Virus record (IMG/VR): IMGVR_UViG_3300036859_000134
Span: 1 to 60,001 of that record
Reading direction: 5' to 3' (one strand)
DNA: 60,001 bases
DNA from: a virus
Lineage: Duplodnaviria; Caudoviricetes
Made by a program: the position numbers and the translations under genes
The notes under the pieces: generated by a model
What the model was told of the DNA's origin: nothing
Databases searched by the model: none
Seen by the model: only the letters and a program-made list of their open reading frames with translations
Shown: piece by piece, positions 53,996 through 60,001 of the stretch
Layout of the letters: each line of letters starts with the position of its first letter
How positions within the stretch are numbered: position 1 is the first letter of the stretch

Positions 53996-54111
53996 TCGCC
54001 GTCGTCGCCATCGCGGGCGGGTACGCGGCGCTCATCTGGCAGTTCGGCTGGTGGGGCGTGGCGGCCGCTGCCGTGCACCTGATCGTGATGGGGGCCGCAA
54101 CCCGCCGTTGA
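53992..54111 (+). CDS. Small membrane peptide (39 aa)
   Basis: MIAVVAIAGGYAALIWQFGWWGVAAAAVHLIVMGAATRR; GTGA overlap. Confidence 0.55.
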   Translation: MIAVVAIAGGYAALIWQFGWWGVAAAAVHLIVMGAATRR

Positions 54112-54158
54112 TTTCCGGGAATTGGGTCTTGCAATGACGCAACCACAGCGCTTGCGTC

Positions 54159-54560
54159 ATGAAAGATCCAGCCACCGCCGCCACCACGCTCGCCGCAGCG
54201 AGTGCAGGCGCATCGATCATGACCGGCGAACTGCTCGGCATGCCGATCGGTGCATTGGTCGGTGGCCTCGCCGGTGGGCTGGTCGCGATCCTCGCGCTAC
54301 GGCCTCCTGAGCAGGAGAAGCCGCAACCGGGGGGCCTCGGTCTCGCGCTGGCGCTCGCCGCCACGCTCGTCGTCTCTGTCCTCACCGCAGGGATGCTGGG
54401 CCCGCTCACCGCCGGCCTGCTGCACGTCGACAAGGTTGCTGCAGCCGTCGAATTGCACGCGTACTCGTTCCTCTGGGGCGCCGGCGCACAGGCGGGGCTC
54501 CTGGTCGCAGCCATCAACGCGCTGCGCAACCGCATCAACCAGGTCGGAGGTGGAGCGTGA
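54159..54560 (+). CDS. Holin-like membrane protein
   Basis: 133 aa, about three hydrophobic helices, basic C-terminus; position after virion genes. Confidence 0.65.
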   Translation: MKDPATAATTLAAASAGASIMTGELLGMPIGALVGGLAGGLVAILALRPPEQEKPQPGGLGLALALAATLVVSVLTAGMLGPLTAGLLHVDKVAAAVELHAYSFLWGAGAQAGLLVAAINALRNRINQVGGGA

Positions 54561-55084
54561 TCAACCTGCTGCTCATCGTGATGGGCTCAGCCGCCGCATG
54601 GGCGGTGGCCATGGCGGCGATCTTCGTCCTGTACCACATCCCGCTGCGCACCGCAGGGTGGCCGACGGCGTTTGGCTGGCTCGGCACCGCCTTCGCGGCG
54701 ATCGTGCTGGGCAGCATGCCGGCGTATCACCGGCAGCAACTCGACCCGACCGTGCTGATGCTGGTGTGCACTCTGGCCATGGTGTGCTGGCTGCACATCG
54801 AAGCGCTCGTCGCGCACGCCACGCGACCGGTGAAGAAGCGCCGCGCGTGGCCATGGCTCGTCGGCTTGGGTCTGCTTGCCGGCGGTACAGCCAACGCCCC
54901 AGCGATGGACGTCGCGCGAACCGAAGGCGCCGTGCACCTGATCCTCGACACGCAGGAAATGGCGGCTTGCAACGCAGGAGGTGGCTGCACGCTCGTCCCG
55001 AAGAGCGACCTGCAGAAGGCCCTGCTCGGTGCCTACGAGGCCGGCGCGAAAGACCAGAAGGCGCGGTGCTCGCGCGAGATCTGA
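54557..55084 (+). CDS. Multi-pass membrane protein (lysis-associated?)
   Basis: Three to four hydrophobic segments followed by a soluble Cys-containing tail. Confidence 0.55.
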   Translation: MINLLLIVMGSAAAWAVAMAAIFVLYHIPLRTAGWPTAFGWLGTAFAAIVLGSMPAYHRQQLDPTVLMLVCTLAMVCWLHIEALVAHATRPVKKRRAWPWLVGLGLLAGGTANAPAMDVARTEGAVHLILDTQEMAACNAGGGCTLVPKSDLQKALLGAYEAGAKDQKARCSREI

Positions 55085-55107
55085 CTCGACCCACAAAGGA
55101 CTGACCC

Positions 55108-55989
55108 ATGGGCATGTTCACCGACTTCCTGCAGAACCTCCTGGTCGACGGCCTGCGCCGCGGCGGCGCGCTCACGACCGCGGGGGCTGCGGGCTCATCG
55201 GCAGTGGTGAAGGGCATCTGGACGGCCTCGACGGCTTATTCGGTCGGCGACATCGTGGTGCCGCACGCCAACATGACCGGCGCCGGCGGCAAGTTCTTGC
55301 GGTGCACGACCGCCGGCACGAGCGGCACCACCAACACGCTGGCCGTGCCGAACCCCGGCAGCACGCTCGTCGACAACACCGTGACGTGGACGGCGGTGTC
55401 CGGCGTCCCCGTTCCGGTGACCACGTACTTCGGCCTGCTGAAGTGCACGAAGGGCGCGCGCGCGAACAGCACGGCGTATTCGCTCAACGACACGATCGCG
55501 GTACTGGCGAACGACAGCAAGTTCCACCTCTACAAGTGCACGACGGCCGGCACCACCGCCGCGAGCCAGAGCACGCTCTATCCCGGCGCGGCCGGCGAGG
55601 CCATCACCGACGGCACTGCGGTTTTCACCGAACAGAACGCCGCGCTCGATGCCAACAGCGGCATCAACGAGGTCACCGGCGGCAGCTACGGCCGAGCCTC
55701 GGTCGCGGCCACGCTCGCGAACTGGGCGGGCACTCAATCGTCCGGCAGCACGTCCGCCAGCACCGGCTCGGGCGGCCAGAGCAGCAACAACGGCACGATC
55801 GCCTTCCCGACGCCGACCGCCGACTGGGTGTCCGGCACCGAGAAGATCTGGGGGTGGGCTGAATTCGACAGCCTCACCGGCGGGAACCTGCTGAACTGGG
55901 GGCCGATGACGACGCTGCAGAGCGTGCTCAACGGCCAGGCGGCGCCGACGTATGCCGCCGGCTCTCTCATCGTCACGGTGGGCAATTGA
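55108..55989 (+). CDS. Fibre-associated structural protein with two CBM5/12-like inserts
   Basis: W.ASTAYSVGD.V...RCTTAGTSG and ANSTAYSLND...YKCTTAGTT; EV.GGSY.R...N...I.FP.PTA.W...D..TGGN.L.WG. Confidence 0.7.
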   Translation: MGMFTDFLQNLLVDGLRRGGALTTAGAAGSSAVVKGIWTASTAYSVGDIVVPHANMTGAGGKFLRCTTAGTSGTTNTLAVPNPGSTLVDNTVTWTAVSGVPVPVTTYFGLLKCTKGARANSTAYSLNDTIAVLANDSKFHLYKCTTAGTTAASQSTLYPGAAGEAITDGTAVFTEQNAALDANSGINEVTGGSYGRASVAATLANWAGTQSSGSTSASTGSGGQSSNNGTIAFPTPTADWVSGTEKIWGWAEFDSLTGGNLLNWGPMTTLQSVLNGQAAPTYAAGSLIVTVGN

Positions 55990-56333
55990 CGATGATCGCG
56001 CAAGCTGATCCGGTGCTGTCGATCACATCACGCGTGCCCGACTGGACCGGTGTCGTGATGGTCGAGCGTCCGGACATGACGCGCGCGTCGCATGTGCCGT
56101 TCGCGCACGGCCCGATGTGCCCGGTGCGCAGCGCGCGCAGCGCTGCCTACAACGGTCGACGGGCCATCGTGTGCCAACTGCCGTACCAAATGCTGGCGCA
56201 GTTCTTCACTTCCGCCGATGAGGACCACGTCTTCGTCTGGGCCGAGCTTCATGGCGAGCACCTCGAACTGAGGGAGCGGGCGTCACTGAAGGAGTGGGCA
56301 GAAACCGCACACATCGGGGCGCCCGTCCATTAA
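55986..56333 (+). CDS. Hypothetical protein
   Basis: TTGA-coupled ORF. Confidence 0.5.
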   Translation: MTMIAQADPVLSITSRVPDWTGVVMVERPDMTRASHVPFAHGPMCPVRSARSAAYNGRRAIVCQLPYQMLAQFFTSADEDHVFVWAELHGEHLELRERASLKEWAETAHIGAPVH

Positions 56334-56349
56334 CCCGTAGGAGAGAAAC

Positions 56350-56814
56350 ATGATCCCGTACAACGTGCGCATCCCCCAAGCCACCTTGGGCGCCACCACC
56401 GCCGCGATCGGCACGATCATCGCTGCAGCCGCGCGGTCGCTGCTCATCACCGAGTTCGACTTCGAGGGCATGGGCAACGCCTCAGCCTCCAACGAAATCG
56501 GCTTGTACCGCGTGGGCACGGCCGGCGTCACCGGCTCCGGTGCACTGACCTTCACGCCGGTCGTTGCGCCGTCGACGGCGCCGACGTTCCAGGGTACCGG
56601 CTTCGCGTCGTACTCCACGCAGCCGATCGCCGGCGCGCTGATCCAGAACATGCCGCTGAATGCCAACGGCCAGCGGTACTACTGGAAGTGCAACCCGAAC
56701 TTGAACAACGCGATCAGCGTGCCCGGCGGCAACAACGCCGCGGCGTCGGTGGCGCTGTTCCCGATCTCGGGCTCGTCGTCGGTCGCTGGCCGCATTCAGC
56801 TCAACGAGCTGTAA
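56350..56814 (+). CDS. Probable structural protein (beta-rich)
   Basis: AGGAG RBS; A/G/T/S-rich. Confidence 0.7.
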   Translation: MIPYNVRIPQATLGATTAAIGTIIAAAARSLLITEFDFEGMGNASASNEIGLYRVGTAGVTGSGALTFTPVVAPSTAPTFQGTGFASYSTQPIAGALIQNMPLNANGQRYYWKCNPNLNNAISVPGGNNAAASVALFPISGSSSVAGRIQLNEL

Positions 56815-56873
56815 GCCGCTTGCGATGTTTTCCCGCCGCGGTGCGCCGCGGCATTTGCGCTTGAGGAGAACGC

Positions 56874-57554
56874 ATGGCCAACAGGCAAATGGTGGGCACC
56901 AAGGTCACGACGGCCGCCACCACGCACGTCGCCAACGTGGCCGCCACGCTGGCCGGCAGTCTGCTGGTGCTGTTCGCGTACAACAGCGGCTCATTCGACA
57001 TCAGCGGCGTCACGGACAACCAGGGGAACACCTGGCAGCGGGCATACACGCCGGGGCTGATCTATTTTCAGATCTGGTACGCGCCCAACGCGGCCGCCGG
57101 CGTCACGCAGGTGACGATCACCTACGCTGGCTCTGCGAAGTCCAAGTCGATCTTCCTCGAGCGGGACGATGCAACCCCGAGTCCGCTCGACCAGATGAAG
57201 GTCGAGACGAGCCAGGGCGGTGTCACGTCTTTCTCCACCGGCAACGCGCCCGCAACGACCCAGGCTCGCACCGTGGGCATCGGCTGCCACAGCACGTTCA
57301 CCAACGACACGTCGACCTTCAGCCCGAGCGGCGGGTGGGTCGCGGTGAGCGGCTCTGGCATCACCAACGGTTCGGTGGCCGATGCAGGCGAGATGATCTA
57401 CATGCAGACGCAGGACTTCTCGTCGACTGGCGCCTACGCTTCGACGGGCACGTCGGACACCTCGGACAACATCAAGTCCTCGCTGCTGCTGTTCGATCTC
57501 GCCGCTGCGGCTGCGCCGCCGTCGTACCCGATGCGCAGCGACAACTGGTTCTAG
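56874..57554 (+). CDS. Probable fibre/spike beta-sandwich protein
   Basis: GAGGAG RBS; AGSLLV...VTDNQGNTW...IWYA.N...G...VT.T. Confidence 0.7.
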   Translation: MANRQMVGTKVTTAATTHVANVAATLAGSLLVLFAYNSGSFDISGVTDNQGNTWQRAYTPGLIYFQIWYAPNAAAGVTQVTITYAGSAKSKSIFLERDDATPSPLDQMKVETSQGGVTSFSTGNAPATTQARTVGIGCHSTFTNDTSTFSPSGGWVAVSGSGITNGSVADAGEMIYMQTQDFSSTGAYASTGTSDTSDNIKSSLLLFDLAAAAAPPSYPMRSDNWF

Positions 57555-57557
57555 GTC

Positions 57558-58499
57558 ATGGAGTGGCACCAGACGTTCAGGACCGGGCCGCGGCTGATCG
57601 CGCCGCCCCCGCCGCCCCCGGCCCCCGCGCCGGGGCCGGCTCCGCTTTCGGCGATCCTGCTGCCGGCTGGCCTGCAAGTTGGCAAGAGCGACGGCACGTC
57701 GCAGTTCACGGGCGCCTACAACGGCGCGACGCTGACTGACCCGACCGACGGTTTGGTGCGCCTTGGGCCGGTGCTGGATCCGGGGGGCAGCGGGCAGACC
57801 GTCTACATCCACCGAGTGCTGAACGGCGACACCATCATTTCCGGTGGCGTGCGCTCCGAAGAGCTCTTCGAACAGTCCTACTCTGGGATGCGCGGCACCA
57901 TCGTGCCCGGCACGCGGTGCTGCTTCGGGTTCGCGGTGCGCATCAAGGGCGGCGAGATGGAAGTCGGCGCCTCATCGAATGATGCCTTCCTCTTCCAGCA
58001 GACGCACACGCCGATGCAAGGGGACACCCAGCCGCCGCTCGCCTTTCGTTTCGCTTCCAAGGAAAGCAGCTTCACGAACACGCTGACCGTCGCCAAGGCA
58101 TGGCAGTCGAATGCTCCCGTGGCCGGTGCAACGGACAATGCCGCCCCGAATGGCGGCACCGCGTTGCTCTACCGAGGCAACCTCCCGGCCGTTGACACAT
58201 GGACGAAATTCATCGTCGATGGCGTATGGAGCTGGCAGGCATCGGACAACCCGTTCATCAACATCTATGCGTCGTTCGACGGCGGCGTCTACTCGCAGAT
58301 CGTCGCCGACGCGGGCGTCAACGACTACAACCCCGGCGGGAGCTCAGCCAACTACAGCTACCTGCGCATCGGCCTCTACAAGTGGACCACCGGGGTGTGG
58401 GCCGGCACCGATCGAATCGCGGTGTACGAAACCCCGATCTACTTTGGCCAGGGCGCCGGCCTGATCGAGAGCGCCAAAGCGGCGATGGCCGCGCTTTGA
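57558..58499 (+). CDS. Polysaccharide-lyase/ConA-like domain protein
   Basis: Pro-rich N-terminal linker; RSE, FQQTH, W.KFI....W, YLRIGLYKW motifs. Confidence 0.55.
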   Translation: MEWHQTFRTGPRLIAPPPPPPAPAPGPAPLSAILLPAGLQVGKSDGTSQFTGAYNGATLTDPTDGLVRLGPVLDPGGSGQTVYIHRVLNGDTIISGGVRSEELFEQSYSGMRGTIVPGTRCCFGFAVRIKGGEMEVGASSNDAFLFQQTHTPMQGDTQPPLAFRFASKESSFTNTLTVAKAWQSNAPVAGATDNAAPNGGTALLYRGNLPAVDTWTKFIVDGVWSWQASDNPFINIYASFDGGVYSQIVADAGVNDYNPGGSSANYSYLRIGLYKWTTGVWAGTDRIAVYETPIYFGQGAGLIESAKAAMAAL

Positions 58500-58500
58500 C

Positions 58501-58716
58501 ATGGACGTTTGGGACGACTATGGCAGCGACGATGCCGCGCTCAACGAAGCGTGGCAGGACGTCGCGCTGCTCGAAGCCGTAGGTAGCGCCCCGGTGAGTG
58601 CGTTGCGCGTGATCGTGCAAGTCGCGCGCGACGCCGTGCTCTGGTTCGTCGAGCGTGCCGAGCGCATCGCTTCGTTCACCTGGGCCACGCCGCCAGCGCT
58701 GGCGCCGCCCGCCTAA
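58501..58716 (+). CDS. Hypothetical protein
   Basis: 71-aa ORF in operon. Confidence 0.45.
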   Translation: MDVWDDYGSDDAALNEAWQDVALLEAVGSAPVSALRVIVQVARDAVLWFVERAERIASFTWATPPALAPPA

Positions 58717-58719
58717 GCC

Positions 58720-60001
58720 ATGAGCGCGCCAGTCGACCTGCCGCAGACCATTGAGTGGCCGTCCTGGGACGAAGGCCACGAACAGACGTGCGTACCGGTC
58801 GACTACCAGCAGTCGGACTTCCCGCAGCCCCTGCCGCCGTTCGGCGACCCGGTCGACCGCGTCAACGACGACGAGCTCGAGGACTGGTTCCCTGGGAACT
58901 TCGTAGGCGCGGACTACGACAACACGAACCCCGATCCGCCCGTGGAGGACGGGTGGCCGTGGATGTTCATCGACGACGGGTTCGATCCCGTCGGGCCGTT
59001 CCCTGATTCTTACCTGCAGGCCGATGCGCCTGCGATGGCGCGCTACGACGAGTTGGTCGAGGACGATGGCTTCGACACGACGTGCATCCCCGATGACTAT
59101 CAGCAGTCGGACAACCCGAGCAGCGTCCCCGCGCTGGCGCGATCCGACGAGCCGACGTTCGACGACGGCTTCGATCAGAGCATGGTGCCCGACAGCTATC
59201 AGCAGTCGGATACGCCAAGCCAGCGGCAGACGTTCAGCGATGACGCCGAGTTAGCGCAGGAGTACGTTACGGAGTGGTTCGCGGACCACTTCACCAACGA
59301 GGATCCGGACCCGCCGGTGCAGGACGGTTGGCCGTGGGACAGTGGTGATCACGGCTTCGACCAGGTGCCGGTGCCGGATAGCTACCAGCAGGCGAACATC
59401 TCCGTCAGCCTCGCCGGTATCGGATCTGCCGACGCGCAAGGCGTCGCGACGCTTCTGACCGGCGGCAGCCAACTCTCGGGCTCGGGTCTGGCGTCCGCCT
59501 TCGGCATCGGCACTCTGAGCGGCAACGGCGTGCAGCTCACTGGCACTGGCGTCGCGTTCGCGTCTGGCTCGGCCGCGCTCACGACGGTGAGCTCGCTGGC
59601 CGGCGCAGGCTCTGCGCAAGCCTTCGGTACCGGTTCGCTGAGCGGCAACGCTGCCGTGCTGATTGGCTCCGGCTCGGCGCTGTCCTATGGCGTCGGCACA
59701 CTGTCGACGTCCGTTGCTCTGGCTGGTACGGGCGCAGCGCCGGTGAACGGCGCCGGTGCGCTGACTGTTCGCGCGTCACTGTCCGGCACGGGCGTGGCTC
59801 TTGCCTCGGGCAGCGCCACGCTCTTGCAGGCTGGCGCGGTGCTGTCGGGAACCGGCTTCATGCGGGCCAACGGCGCGGCCGCGCTCACGACGCGTGCTTC
59901 CTTCGTCGGCAAGGGCGACATGCAGGCGTTCTCGTTCGGCATGCTGCGCACCGCCGCCGCGCTGTCGTCTGAGGCTTCGGTTCAAGCCTATGGCATCGGC
60001 C
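58720..60001 (+). CDS. Repetitive fibre-like protein (3' end outside window; not in ORF track)
   Basis: Open from ATG 58720 to window end; acidic DGFD..PDSYQQSD repeats then G/A/S-rich repeats of about 19-20 aa. Confidence 0.75.
   Translation, partial: MSAPVDLPQTIEWPSWDEGHEQTCVPVDYQQSDFPQPLPPFGDPVDRVNDDELEDWFPGNFVGADYDNTNPDPPVEDGWPWMFIDDGFDPVGPFPDSYLQADAPAMARYDELVEDDGFDTTCIPDDYQQSDNPSSVPALARSDEPTFDDGFDQSMVPDSYQQSDTPSQRQTFSDDAELAQEYVTEWFADHFTNEDPDPPVQDGWPWDSGDHGFDQVPVPDSYQQANISVSLAGIGSADAQGVATLLTGGSQLSGSGLASAFGIGTLSGNGVQLTGTGVAFASGSAALTTVSSLAGAGSAQAFGTGSLSGNAAVLIGSGSALSYGVGTLSTSVALAGTGAAPVNGAGALTVRASLSGTGVALASGSATLLQAGAVLSGTGFMRANGAAALTTRASFVGKGDMQAFSFGMLRTAAALSSEASVQAYGIG

Larger units (their letters stand above)
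1440..60001. mobile_element. Temperate prophage (lambdoid early region, podovirus-like structural module); right end beyond window
   Basis: Continuous int/xis, recombination, immunity, replication, packaging, head, tail, ejection and lysis gene order. Confidence 0.97.

Overview
High-GC (probably Burkholderiales-type betaproteobacterial) chromosome. The 3' part of uvrB (1-1397) is followed by a large temperate prophage that fills the rest of the window and continues past its end. The prophage is inserted into the active-site codons of a low-molecular-weight protein-tyrosine phosphatase gene (attL about 1421-1439). Left arm (minus strand): frameshifted lambda-type integrase, excisionase, accessory genes, a complete diversity-generating retroelement (two tandem small DUF1566/CLec-type target genes, avd, template repeat, RT), DUF2303, KTSC, HNH, exonuclease and Bet recombinase. 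Centre: lambdoid switch (cI-like/cro-like, five AGGCA-N4-TGCCT-type operators), C5 and N6A methyltransferases, a Mom/GNAT-like gene, replication initiator with internal iterons, nin-like genes and an HslV/proteasome-like protease. Right arm: podovirus-type morphogenesis module (TerS, TerL, P22-like portal, scaffold, N4-gp56-type capsid, adaptors, nozzle, fibre, ejection proteins, a 2853-aa polyvalent protein), holin-like genes and a second fibre-like cluster. Most notable: (1) the DGR diversifies two non-structural early proteins rather than the tail fibre; (2) a 75-nt tRNA-Met(CAT)-like gene sits in frame inside terS, behind a structured leader that hides the terS start; (3) a CsrA-like gene is flanked by AGGA-loop hairpins in the scaffold and capsid leaders; (4) overprinted small genes appear to lie in linkers of the giant polyvalent protein. 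All family assignments are from motif recognition by eye, not database searches.
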